64,000 nucleotides of DNA from the NCBI GenBank assembly GCA_002633005.1, contig NMRA01000082.1, positions 783,988 to 847,987 on the forward strand. Direction: 5' to 3'. Position 1 is the first letter of the stretch; the number at the start of each line of letters is the position of its first letter. Origin of the DNA: Phoronis australis (Eukaryota; Animalia; Phoronida). The position numbers and the translations under genes were made by a program. The notes beneath the pieces are model-generated. The model was given only the letters and a program-made list of their open reading frames with translations. It ran no database searches and was not told where the DNA came from. Positions 13,030-24,784 of this stretch are shown here, piece after piece.

Positions 13030-13485
13030 ATGGCTGACGACGACAGCGATGGCGTTGAATTAATTATGGTGATAATCGTGATGATGGTGACTAATGATGG
13101 GGTGGTGGCAACGGTAACGGTATTGCTTGTGATAGTAGGGGTGACTGTGGAGCTAACGACGATGACGGTAATGTTGAGAACGACGGTGATGATGGTGGTG
13201 GTGTTGAAGGTGGTGATACTGCTGGTGTTAGTTATGGTGGATGATCTGGTGGTGATGGAGACGTCGAAGATGACGATGATGATTTGGATCAGGAAGGTAA
13301 CTAAGCTGACCACTGTTACGACTACTTGAGAACGATATTGCTGACACTACGAAGGCAGTTATGATAACATTGATGATGGAGACCTTAATTTCGAATACAA
13401 TGAACGTTAACGTGATGGTGGTGTTGTGGTTGCGGTGATGTTGGTGCTGGTGACGGCGGTGATGCTGCTGGTGATGGTGCGAGTA
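13030..13485. repeat. (GAT/GGT)-rich low-complexity tract
   Basis: gatgatggtg-type triplets; source of V/M-rich and T/I-rich spurious ORFs. Confidence 0.85.
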
Positions 13486-13611
13486 CAGGGCACTTCATAG
13501 TCTCACTCAACTTCCAATGAATATTGATGTCGATTTTGATAAAGTTGCTTACATCCTGTGCACATTTCAGTGTGGTCAATCTTCACAGCGTACCCGGGTT
13601 TTTTATTGTAG

Positions 13612-13689
13612 AAACCAGGTGCATGGAAACATTCGAGTTTTACCCAACATCCCCGGCATATCCATACAAAACATTTTACTGTGAGGACG
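13612..13689 (+). CDS. Cassette 1 exon c: 2-Cys linker (TRCMETFEFYPTSPAYPYKTFYCED)
   Basis: ttgtag acceptor, g|gtaagt donor, 78 nt; same-length paralogue at 24707-24784. Confidence 0.88.
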
Positions 13690-14086
13690 GTAAGTGGAGT
13701 TTTTTGTTTTTTTGTTTGAAGCGGTTCCTTTGCAAAATATTCCGTTCTACCCTTTTGGAATACGCACACAAACAACATGAAATCCGTGTACATGTACATC
13801 GTAATCACTGTGTCAGGATGCGTTCTGTAGACTATAAGTGAGATGGTACTTTGTACTGTATTTCGTCGCTGATGGAATCGTAAATACTGGATTCAATTCC
13901 ACGTCCAACCTCGCCAACCAGTCACTCGAGAAGAGGTTTTGCTAAGGCAGGATAGTATTCAAGCACCCAAGGAGACTCGGTAAACGCGAGTTTCTTTTGC
14001 AAAGTCTCGGAAGGAACGATCTGCCGGCCCGTCATGAAATGCCTTGCAATCGTCAAAGAAAATGTCTGCTGACGTATTCGTTTCTC

Positions 14087-14241
14087 CAGTGGCGGATTTA
14101 AAGGGGGCCAATGGGACATGCTCCCCTTAAAATTCTGCTAGATGCCATTTGCCAGTACGGGGGTGCGAATGTCTGACTGACAAAATCCTGGTGAACAACT
14201 CTACCGTGCGCCCCTAACTCAAAATCCTGGATCTGACCCTG
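14087..14241. mobile_element. Small non-autonomous DNA element (CAGTGGCGGAT..GGATCTGACCCTG termini)
   Basis: Degenerate terminal inverted repeat; TTCTC on both flanks. Confidence 0.45.
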
Positions 14242-15168
14242 TTCTCTGTGTTCAAAAGTTATCGACGTGACTTTCCTGGTCCTTGGGCGGTCAGTATAGT
14301 TAAAGCAATGTTGCGTGACGCGAGCTTGGTATTGGTACAGCTGACTGGAATCAAGAATTTAGCAATGCGGTGTGACGGTGAGCAGCCGTATACGTCATTT
14401 GTGTCTGCGAAGAAATGCAGTGCAGGTTTCAAAAACATGGACACCGTTAAAATATGATAGAGGTTTAAATACACAAAATTTGGACAACGTATGAGTATCT
14501 ATTTCTTCTAGGCACGAACTTGCTTCTAACCTGAAGGATCAACCATTTTAGTGACCGTTATTTTGCCATGATGGCCTGTGAACCTTCGGGTCATGCTGGA
14601 ACATACGCCCTGCTGTGTAATTTTACGACCATGGTCTCGCAAAAACTCTACTTTCGAAAGGCTAAAGAAGCAAAATCTGTGTATTAAGATTGCGTGTTTT
14701 TTATCCAAAGTTAACTACCGCCTTCACAAACCAAACGGATGATCTGTGTACAAATAGAAGTTGAAGGTACGGCCGCCTTATCTACCCATCTTGATGAGGG
14801 TTCAGGATATGTTCAAATAAAGCACTTTTTAACTGCGTACAGTGGTAAAAAGTTCAGGTACTGATCAGCTAACTTAAGATGAAATGTTAGACCAGTAGGA
14901 AAATACGTTAGGATCAATGCACCATGTCAGCGTTTGTGTTATTCGATCGCGAGAAATTGGGTCAAAATTACATAAGATGTGTCAAACGCACCATTGATGA
15001 AAAGAAAGTTGTAGATTTCAGGATTGCAACTTATAAATCTATCTGGATCAAGCAGACCCTGAACACAGATTGGTTCTGGTCTCATAGATCTTCGAAATTT
15101 CCTCTAATGCCCTGACTGCGGATGAGTGACGCCCCGTAAACTTAACTTGTTCATTTACAACATTGCAG

Positions 15169-15285
15169 CTCCTACAGTGGAGGTCTCCTATAACCTACGA
15201 GGCCTCAGCCAAAATGTCATCCACGAATTGAGAAAATTTCTCGGAGTCGTTGAATCTCAAATCTCTTCATTCACAACTGGTCCAG
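15169..15285 (+). CDS. SEA-like domain 1, half A (PTVEVSYNL..LRKFLGVVESQISSF)
   Basis: ttgcag acceptor, cag|gtattg donor, 117 nt, phase 1-1. Confidence 0.85.
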
Positions 15286-15708
15286 GTATTGTACACTTGC
15301 TACCCCAGGTACTAAAAATTTCCATTTACAAGCCCAATATTCTGTGTTAATTTGATCCTACACGTTTGAGGAAAATTGCACTAGTCGTCCCGTGTTCCAA
15401 CGCTCTTACTTTCCTACATTTCTCTTATTAGTCAGAGTGGACGGTTTGCTCCTTGACACACTCTGCTTAATTGTGAGCAAAGCTGTGGGGTTGTTTGAGA
15501 ACCTCGGAGGAACGAAGAATTCTTCCCTAACGTCCGTTAATTTCCTTATCAGCGTTAAGCCTGGACCAAGGTACAGGCTTTCAATAGCTATATCATACGG
15601 GTTGGGTATTACATGTGGACTGGGCATCCGGTTCATGTATGTAAAATGTTAATAGCTATCAGGAACTTCGTAATTGGCGTGTAACTCTTTTGAACTACCA
15701 CATTGCAG

Positions 15709-15903
15709 GCAAGGAACAACGTTTCACGCTAGTATTAAAACCTCCCGAAAAAGATTCGGGAAAGTTAACATCAAGTATCTTTGCCAAATTAAAGGATTTG
15801 ATTGAAAACGGAAATACTACATTTGAGCACTCGCCTGGAGACGAAGTTAAGGCAAAGCCGGGAGAAATGCTTTTAAAACCAGCCCTCGAAGAAATGGACA
15901 AAG
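15709..15903 (+). CDS. SEA-like domain 1, half B (FTLVLKPP..LKDLIENG..FEHSPG..KPALEEMDK)
   Basis: ttgcag acceptor, aag|gttgct donor, 195 nt; paralogue of 28218-28415. Confidence 0.87.
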
Positions 15904-16648
15904 GTTGCTAACGGTTTTCAGATTGCTCAAATGCTGGTCTCAGTCAGAATTGTTACCAAATTTAAATAATCAGTATAATTTGGCAGTGGCCCTTCGTTTA
16001 CACGTGTAATTCACTGTTTATTTCGCTTTGTTTATGTTCATTTCACTCATTGTCAGATGATGTAGCATGAAGTCATGAAATATAGCTACGATTTTTATTT
16101 TATTTGTTTATTATTTTACTCGGTGTTTTACTTCGTACCTGCACACCAGAACAAAGGGGATTATTCCGAAATTACGAACGTACCAGTATCAAGCTTCCTA
16201 ACAAAAAGTCTAGTCGTGTCTTTAACGAAATCTTTAAATATTTTGAAAATAATTATAACATTTAGCAACGCTTTCTGTAAAGATTTTCGGATGGGTGCCC
16301 TAATATATAAGACTGGAAACCCTTGTGTTTTGAACCGTCCAAATTTCGGACGCCAACGTGTTTAGGCTCAGTGCATTTTACGACCCAGTGCCTTTTCAAG
16401 ACTCTACCAAGTGATTCAGCTGGACCCGGTGGCTGTATGAGGGGGATTTATAACATGCCATGCCCCTTAGCTTTATGGATAGCTTGGAACTGGTAACACG
16501 TTTATTCACTGCAGCACCAAGATAAGTCTCACAAAAAATTAATTCTCGCCTCAGCCTATCTATTCTGTGTTCGACTGCCTGATGCAACTGATTCTTGTCA
16601 CAGCTTGTCAGTCAGTCACATTTTAATAGGTTTGCCATTGCCCCGCAG

Positions 16649-16795
16649 CAAAAATGATCAGAATACTTGCAAAGATCGACAAGCAGACGCTTACAGAGGA
16701 CGAAGTTACAGCTGCAGTGCATGACTTCTTTGAGCGTATAAAGCCGACATTTAGCCAAGATAGGACGAGATACAAAAACCCCTTCATATCACCAA
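16649..16795 (+). CDS. SEA-like domain 2, half A (MIRILAKID..TAAVHDFF..PTFSQDRTRYKNPFISP)
   Basis: ccgcag acceptor, a|gtaagt donor, 147 nt; not in the ORF track; paralogue of 28982-29128. Confidence 0.88.
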
Positions 16796-17415
16796 GTAAG
16801 TGAGTGACCATCCTGCAACCTAACGCGAGCTGACACTGTCAACACACTGACGTAGCCCAACTTCGAATATGTAGGTGGAGTTTGCGTTTCAACTTGTCAC
16901 ATACACTTCACTTTGTTCTGAACCCCGTTCTACGCTTTGTTGTTTTGATCTGCGTAGGAGTGCTGTATTCCCGGAATATTTCGGAATCAGTCGAGTAATT
17001 TCGCGAATATATTGAGATCTTGCTTTACATCCATGAGTGATCCACGCATCGCTGTTGGCTTACAGCTCAGTTTCGGCAGTAATTCGAACTGAACGCGCTA
17101 GCTTCGGACCTATTCAAAAGATTTATGAAATGGTCAGGGACCAAGCTGCCCCTCAGTTCAGATAATGTGTTTAAATATGTAATAGCTTCATACCTTTTAT
17201 GTTATGTCAGACATTAGTTTGATGAAAGAATATGAGCACAAGCTCAGATCAGGTGATGCAAGAGAACCAGATTCCAGCAATCTAAAATGGCATATTTTTA
17301 GACAATGTAACCTAGCTAATTCCTTTCAAGCACGCTGGAGAACTGTTTTGAAAAGGCGACCGTGTAATTGCTAAGACAGAAGACTCATTTCTTCCAACTA
17401 ATTTCTCGCCAACAG

Positions 17416-17610
17416 AGGGTTATTTAGTTGTTGACCTGTTACCACCGGTAACAAAAGTAACCACATTCAGTAGCACCATCTTGCGGCGACTACAGAAAAG
17501 TTTCAACACAGACACTGGCCTCAAGGATAGAAAATCAGAGACAATCTGTACCATACTAGGTGGAACGGTAACGTATGACCTGGGACCTGAGGTGATCCCT
17601 GATGGTAACA
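17416..17610 (+). CDS. SEA-like domain 2, half B (GYLVVDLLPP..STILRRLQ..GGTVTYDLGP)
   Basis: caacag acceptor, a|gtaagt donor (alternative in-frame donor at 17604); paralogue of 30150-30350. Confidence 0.85.
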
Positions 17611-18126
17611 GTAAGTTACTCCGTTACCGTAAGGCGTGCTTACTTCAACTGTTTAAAAAACGTTTGTTTTACTTTTCTACAAAAGCGATATGTGATGCAG
17701 CCGAGAAGTTGTAGGCAGAAATTGTTTTCGCTTAGTCTCTGAATTGATGCAAACGAAGTGGAATCTTGTTTGTTCGAAAAAGTTAGGGTGTTGTCATAAT
17801 GCAATCAGCGCCCATTTGCTGTCAGGGCTATTCGTGCGACTGTGTTCGCCTAGTACCCCTCCAGTTCTACCTTTCTTTTGGAATGTCGTCTGATTGTTAA
17901 ACCCATTAAACGTAAAATACATTGTCTGGTTTACATGTACCTAGCCGCAACAAAATGTTCTTTGAGGAGTTATGTATTTGTTGAGTACGATGAAAACTAC
18001 TTCTTTCATAAGACATGTATACACATAGCAAGTTTTGGAGCGAAGATAGAAATGAGAATTGGTGTGCATGGTGTTGAATTAATCGTTTTTATTATTAGTA
18101 ATTGAGATGATCTTTTCACCCAATAG

Positions 18127-18279
18127 TTCCCAATGTAAAGGTGTACTTCTTCGTAAAGAGTAAGAAAGACTTCTCTGTTCAGACAAAGGCTTACGAGTAT
18201 ATCCACAACACCTTGACGGGTGTAATGGGCGTGTCCAAAGAGAGAATCGTTAATCCAAAAGCGACTATCGTCGGAAAAC
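18127..18279 (+). CDS. SEA-like domain 3, half A (VKVYFFV..YIHNTLTGVMGVSKERIVN)
   Basis: caatag acceptor, c|gtacgc donor, 153 nt; paralogue of 31893-32033. Confidence 0.85.
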
Positions 18280-19298
18280 GTACGCCACTAGTGTTCTCAA
18301 TATGTTGGACTGCGGCGATATTTGACAACGTTTCAAAGTAAAAACTACTTAAATAGGCCCGTCTTTTGGAATAGGACACTCATAAATTGCTAGCGTATTC
18401 GAAACCACAATAGCTTGACTTGTAAACCCCTTTACAAAAACAATAGGCGCTATAAAGTCACCATATTCTCTGACTAAAGTTTGAAAAGCGTTACTTTAGA
18501 TCGACAAATCTAATGGCCAACTAAATGTAGTTCATTTAAATGTGACATAGTCTGACACAATTTTGTCGAAGTCTCCCCAATCTATTTTGAAAACTATAAA
18601 ACTGTACTTCGTTGTATTCCTTCCTGAAGTGCATTTGCGTTCTGTCCAGCTAAGGTTTACTACGAAACAACTACCGGTACATGAATGTCTGGATTCTTGG
18701 ATTGCAAGTGACGATAGGGATTTGGAACTTGCAAGAATTCGGCTTAAATAACGTGGTTTTGCACTTAATTTTTCACTTGTCTCTACATCGTTCTATTAGA
18801 TGCAAAGAATGGGTAGTTTCCTTTTCCCAGACATTAATTCAAATACCGTATACCGTATAAACCTTTTTCGGGTCCTGTCATTGTTTGCGGATCGTCTCTT
18901 GCACTATTATTTTGAAACCTATTTAGACCTGATTCGCCAACGCTTGTCGTGACGTCACACTCCCCAGCCAACGCATTGTAAGTTTTTGATAATGAATTCT
19001 AGGGGCCTTAGTTTGCGTCTCTGTATGACGGTCCTTTTTGCGAGGCAGTTGTTAGTCAAAGCAGCAAAACTTATCCACATAATTATAATTACAAAAGTTG
19101 TCTTGTTACGATATTAAACAAAACTGTTATATCCTACTGTAGCATTTAAAGTACACAAAGCAATACTACTATATCGTAATTTCATACTTGGGAAGTCGTC
19201 GTGATACTTTTCATCAATTGAACTGGAGATGACTTGGAAAGTTGCACTGTCCTTTAGCTAAACTCTTAGCCCAAGGTGAAACAACTTCTTTTTTACAG

Positions 19299-19342
19299 TT
19301 ACCTTGATTGAATTCGTCCTTCTAAAGCCGACTACTTCGTCT
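19299..19342 (+). CDS. SEA-like domain 3, half B, truncated by an assembly N (LTLIEFVLLKPTTSS..)
   Basis: ttttttacag acceptor; matches paralogue 32817 (VLVTFSLLKPTELS); similarity stops at N 19343. Confidence 0.75.
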
Positions 19343-20127
19343 NTTCCAAAACAATTCTCTGAACAAGGTCGCTGGTTCCAAACCAATTCTGTGAATCAAT
19401 CTGCTGGACTCCAGCAATGAACCCAAGTCATTACCAATTATGGTGCAGGACAATCAAGAGTTGTGTAATTCCGATAGACAAATAACAGATTATTGTTGTT
19501 GTCGGAAATGCCTCATCCCAAAGTTGACAGGTTTTCAAAGACTTTGAGTTACACAACTTGCAAAACAAGGCACAATTGTTATTATAAACATCCCACAACT
19601 GGTAACAGACATGTGGTGAATCACTTCCCATGAACTCCTAGGAGGTTATAAATTTTGGTAAACAACCAATATGTTTGATTAATTATACACTAGTCACTAA
19701 AATTGCATAACATTGCTTTTAATTAGACTAATTATCTACAGCATCAAAAAATGTCACCACCACGTACCTTATAAAGAAAAGTCGAAGTTAAGGAAAAACT
19801 GGGGTTTTGTTGATACCTGTAAACTACATCAAAAATGTTCTGATATTAGTATGGATGTTCTGCTCTGCCGATAAATTTATGTTTCAAGAGGGCCCAGTAT
19901 GAATTATTCCAGGGAATTGAATTTAAAAGCGAGATATAAAATTGAACAAGAAATAAGAAGAAAATTTGCCAACAAAGCACTTTGCTAATTGACCTACAGT
20001 TTGAGCGCTCGTTGGTCTGAAGAAACATCGGGGCTAGCATGAAGAACTGTTAAACTGAAGATTAGATTGAAAGTTGGGGCTTAAAGTTAGGTTGTGATGT
20101 TCTTTTTGTCTCAATTGCTTGTTTCAG

Positions 20128-20265
20128 CTAAAGTTGAGGTGTCGTTCACTGCGAACTGCACGCTTCACAAGAGCGGGTCCGATGCCGCCATTGAATCTCT
20201 GTCTCGTATTCTCGGCGTTGCCCAATCGAGGCTGGATGTGGTCCCAGTGATATTCAAAGCTGGAG
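20128..20265 (+). CDS. SEA-like domain 4, half A (KVEVSFTANC..ESLSRILGVAQSRL)
   Basis: gtttcag acceptor, g|gtaata donor, 138 nt; paralogue of 35122-35268. Confidence 0.87.
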
Positions 20266-20424
20266 GTAATATAAGAATTTTTACATTGTAAGCTTTTTTC
20301 ATTTTTATTTCGCATACCATTTCTTTGTTTTAAGTGCACCAATAAATACCTTGGCCTGATTCTGTAATCAATCCCCACGCGGGTAGTGTTAACAGTGATT
20401 TAAAATTGGTATTTTATCACCTAG

Positions 20425-20625
20425 CACTGAAAATCTCAATAACCGTTTCACCGCCAACAATGACATCCACAAGGAAGTCCAGTGAAGCCTTGAGAGATTT
20501 GAAAAGCTTGTTATTCTATGGTGATTTGACAATAAAGGACGGTGACGCGAAAATCTGTACCACAACGCCACTTCAAAAAACAAGTTTGAACCCCGTTGGA
20601 CCAGACCCATCAGGGGTGAAGGAAG
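20425..20625 (+). CDS. SEA-like domain 4, half B (ISITVSPP..LKSLLFYGDLTIKDGDAKICT)
   Basis: cctag acceptor, g|gttagt donor, 201 nt; paralogue of 35425-35628. Confidence 0.87.
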
Positions 20626-21292
20626 GTTAGTTGTGCAAGCGCTTGGGTTGACTTGCAGTCAGTGCAAATAGTCCGTAACTGCTTGAAAATGTAGCAATGA
20701 TCTTTCCTGAAAATGTACTAGAAAATCGGCATTTTAATGTAGACGTTGTCTTAGGCTAGAGTAATGAGAGCGCCAAAAGACTATCCTCTCGATCTCGACT
20801 CAAATTCAGTCAAAGAAATTCAACTACACATCTCTTCATTAATGTAAAGACAGGGGAATAAATCCTACTGATCTCTCAATGTTTGACAAGGTTAAGTTCA
20901 CTAAGTGATTTCACTTACGCTTTTTGAAATCGACTGGATTCATCATTCGCCCGCTTTATCAATGGCAGTTACTGACTATAGTGGGAGACGTTTATAACAT
21001 GAGGCCCCTCACCATGGATGTATTTCAAGAGATTTGCCGTTTTCTGAAAGCATCCTGTTGCCCAACACTGCCAGCAATATAACTACCGGAAAAATTCGTG
21101 CATACAACTGCACTAGTAGATTGATATATCGTGTCGGCATTGAATGGATCTCTAAGTGGCGCTCATCGACTGTCCACTCAAGACCTGATTGCCGTCTGCC
21201 GGGATAGTGAATTTCAGTACAGCGCGGTTGTTTCTAAAATCAACTATTTTAATAAAGTTAAACTTTCACCTTGACACAGTACCGCATTTCAG

Positions 21293-21439
21293 GTAATGAT
21301 AATAAGGTGGTAGTTACCACTGACTGTGACTCTACGACGTTTGACAACAAAGAACAGCTTGCAACCGATGCTCTTGCAGAAGTTTTGCATGTCCAGACGG
21401 GGAGGATAGTGAGTTTGAAGGTCCAGCAAAGTGGCTCTA
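21293..21439 (+). CDS. SEA-like domain 5, half A (KVVVTTDC..KEQLATDALAEVLHVQTGRI)
   Basis: tttcag acceptor, a|gtaagt donor, 147 nt; paralogue of 36612-36758. Confidence 0.88.
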
Positions 21440-21522
21440 GTAAGTTAGTGTCCTGTCGTGTTGTTGCCTTATGTAGTGGAGCAAGATATCATTACTTCGG
21501 ATAAGTAACTTGTTAAGTGAAA

Positions 21523-21698
21523 CAGTCCCAAGCAGGGTCTCACCTAAGTTCCCTAAGTCTAATGCCTGTTTGCGTGCATGTGAAAACACGGATTGTCCCT
21601 TCTCACGCTGCTTGAGTCCCATTTCCAAGTCTTGCGAGAGTAAATAACGAAACAAATACGCAGACTTAGGAATTTAGTTGAGTCCCTATTGAGGACTG
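21523..21698. mobile_element. MITE with ~38-bp imperfect TIRs
   Basis: cagtccca..agggtctcacctaagttccctaagtct versus agacttaggaatttagttgagtccct..gaggactg. Confidence 0.7.
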
Positions 21699-22156
21699 GT
21701 TCATTGACCCGGGCAATTGTACCTAAGGCGTTTCGAAGTACCCGCTACCTACAAAGTAGAAACAGTCGTCACCAGTCTAGAGCACATTGTAGGTTAGAAT
21801 ACTTTTATGACACAGAAATATATCATGGTTGTTGAAGACAAAATTTTCGAACGAGAATGCAGTCCGAAATTATCCACCGTCAGGTGGCGTAAATATAGCC
21901 AATAGTAACACCTGTCATCTGGCTTTATATAAATAGGAATGTAAGCTTTTTTGTACAAACCGATGTACATAACCAAATATCTACAAATTACTGAACAGGA
22001 CTTTCTGAAGTACCGAAAAGCGGATAGCCTTTAGGCGTTTATTTTGACCTTACTATATACTCATCGTTCCCCGTCCCCCTGCCCTAACATCCCCACCCAT
22101 TCCCCGCTCGTGCTTTTTATCCGCTTTTGCCTATATTTGCCTGTGTCTTTCCAAAG

Positions 22157-22324
22157 AATGTATGCTGAAATTCACACTCCGTCCACCGACAACGAGCTCA
22201 CCAACCCCTAGCGTGGAAGCGTTGAAGTGGCTCCAAGAGGTAGTTAAGGCTAGAGGGCTTACAATCAAAAAGAAGAATGGAGACACTGCTATCATCGCAA
22301 CTAACTTAACCATCAATGCTCCTG
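22157..22324 (+). CDS. SEA-like domain 5, half B (MLKFTLRPPT..PSVEALKWLQ)
   Basis: ttccaaag acceptor, g|gtatga donor, 168 nt; paralogue of 37849-38013. Confidence 0.85.
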
Positions 22325-22808
22325 GTATGAATACACCCTATATACTTCGCAACATGCTCTGAAACGCTCTTGTATTTTTTAAATCGGTGATGCAGGAAAG
22401 TAAGCGAAATGCGTGATGTGCGGACAAGTGTCGATAATTACACATAAACTATCAACCAATTACCGTCCGCTGTCTCCTCCATTTGACGTTTATCGTGATA
22501 AATGGACGTGAGCCCGACGCTAAGTGTTTTATTAAAATACCAATCACCAATAATCTATAGATAGATGAGTGAGTGAAAGTAAATGTACCGTCCGATCACA
22601 GAAACGTCACTTGTATAAGTTTCACTCCGACGAACCCTGTAACATACTCGGGCGGTGCACATCAAATTTCGAAACTACACGAACACCAATACAAGTCTTG
22701 TACGAATGTCGAATCGACAGTCAAAAGCTTATAAACATGTTTATGGAGTGGTATCATTGATTTTTGGAACCATCTGCTAACATGGTTTTCCATTTATACA
22801 ACCTGAAG

Positions 22809-22949
22809 AGTGTCGCTCTGGATTTTGGGGAGAGAACTGTGAACACCATTGTAATTGTGAAAACGGCGCGCCGTGCGAAAACTCCAGAACGGGTGATTGT
22901 CCGAGAGGCAAGTGCAAGAAGCGTTTCACTGGTCCCGGATGTGCTACTG
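22809..22949 (+). CDS. Cassette 2 exon a: EGF-like (CRSGFWGENCEHHCNCEN..CKKRFTGPGCAT)
   Basis: cctgaag acceptor, g|gtaagt donor, 141 nt; frame not shown in the ORF track. Confidence 0.88.
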
Positions 22950-23809
22950 GTAAGTGATCAAATAAAACCCAGGATATTTGAAAGTGGGAAAATACACCTA
23001 TGACCGGGTGCTTAGACAATCAGGCCATCCATTCCCATAAAAATCTCGAGCGGTTGGTAGTAACGAGGGGTTTGACACCTCATATGTAACTATACATGTA
23101 CGTAATACGTAGGCGAAGGTGAATAAACATTTATTGATCCCCCAAGTTGTTCCAGGTGTGCTACTGTATCGTAGCGTTGAAGGTGTAGTCGTACTGATTG
23201 CGAGTACCAGCCTTAAACCTTAGCTACAACAGAGTCTGCATATGAGAACAGACTTTGAAGACTTCCTTCATCATAAAACCAATCGTAGACGGTACATCAT
23301 GCCGGAGATGATGGAAATGTCATAAAAGCCAAATATTACAGTTCTCTCGTTCTGCACACAAGGCTAATAATCTGAACAGGGCAAAGATGCACTCGCCTTC
23401 TTATACATCCCACAATAAGTTGACTACTGCTAAGCTTTTCTCAGTTTATATCTTGAGATAATTTGCTGCTGGTGAGATGCAAGTAGGGAAGAAATGATAT
23501 ACTTGTATGTTAGCCATAGCTCTCGCCGTTGGTGGTAATTCATCTCAAATGTGATTTCAATCAATTTCTTTCTAAAATTCTTTGAAGCTTATCACAGGAT
23601 TCAACATCTTAAGCCCGTCTAAACTCGGTCTTAAACAGAAAATTTTGTCATGTTCGTCGCTTCAAAACTTTAGCGATAGTGACTTCCCCACCTGCGTGTA
23701 GCAGGGATACATGTACAAATATCATTTCCGTGTTTCAGTGTTCACACTGTCTTAATAAAATTAAATTTTAATCATGTCTTAAGCAAGCTGAACCTGGTTT
23801 TCCTGGCAG

Positions 23810-23950
23810 TGGTCAAGTGCAGCAAGCCTATGGTTTATGGACCAGACTGCAACAAACCATGCAATTGTTTAAACAATATCCAGTGCGACGACTACAGTGG
23901 AAAGTGTGATAAATGTCCTTCTGGGTTCAGCGGAGAAGACTGTTCGATAA
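23810..23950 (+). CDS. Cassette 2 exon b: EGF-like (CSKPMVYGPDCNKPCNCLN..GFSGEDCSI)
   Basis: ggcag acceptor, a|gtaagc donor, 141 nt. Confidence 0.93.
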
Positions 23951-24009
23951 GTAAGCATTCTAAAGGAATGTCGATTGTGGTTGAGACAAGGGTAAGGAAT
24001 GCGTGAAGA

Positions 24010-24560
24010 CGAGGGTTTTGACGATGACAATGATATTGACATCAAGGTGGCAAATTACTACGGTGACGATGGTGCTGGTGGTGGTGGTGTGAAGAGGTTT
24101 GTAACGGTGATAAGGATGAAGACGGCGTTATATTGGGGGATTATTATGTAAGTGATGATGATGGTGATAATGTTGGTGACGGCGTTTTATTGGGAATTAT
24201 TATGTCAGTGATGATGATGGTGACAATTTTGATGACGGCATTTTATTGGGGGATTATTATGTTAGTGATGATCATGGTGATAATGTTGGTGACGGCGTTT
24301 GATTGGAAAATTATTATGTCAGTGATGACGATGGTGATAATGTTGGTGACGACGTTTGATTGGGAGGTTATTATGTCTGTGATGATGATGGTGATAATGT
24401 TGGTGAGGGCGTTTGATTGGTTATTATGTCTGTAGTGATGTTGGTGATATTAATGATGACGATACTGTTGTTTAATTTTGGTGAAGATAACATTTTGTGG
24501 TCTGATGATATTTGAAGTGATAAGCATGGAGACAGGTGATTGTGATATCACTAAATAAGC
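24010..24560. repeat. (GAT/GGT)-rich tract containing a ~56-57-bp minisatellite (5-6 copies, 24121-24440)
   Basis: Unit approximately gacggcgttttattgggaattattatgtcagtgatgatgatggtgataatgttggt. Confidence 0.85.
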
Positions 24561-24706
24561 TGTTATGGTCGTGTTGCTGATGAGGTTAGACAGTAACAAT
24601 GACTCAAAGGACATGTGATGCATATGTGTGTCAATTTGGTGATGTCGCTGCAGATTCTTTCATGAATTGATGTTGTCTTTTTCGAAAACTGTTTGATTGA
24701 TTGCAG

Positions 24707-24784
24707 ACACTACGTGCAAAGAAACTTTCGATTTTTATCCACCATCGACAGCATATCGATTTTCAACGTTTTTCTGTGTAGACG
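24707..24784 (+). CDS. Cassette 2 exon c: 2-Cys linker (TTCKETFDFYPPSTAYRFSTFFCVD)
   Basis: ttgcag acceptor, g|gtaagt donor, 78 nt. Confidence 0.88.

Noticed and set aside
12951-13329. Thr-rich mucin-like or hydrophobic ORFs (also 24133-24435)
   Set aside because: Translations of GAT/GGT low-complexity DNA with no convincing splice sites.
24121-24440. CRISPR-like array
   Set aside because: Head-to-tail minisatellite without unique spacers, in a eukaryotic intron, with no cas genes.
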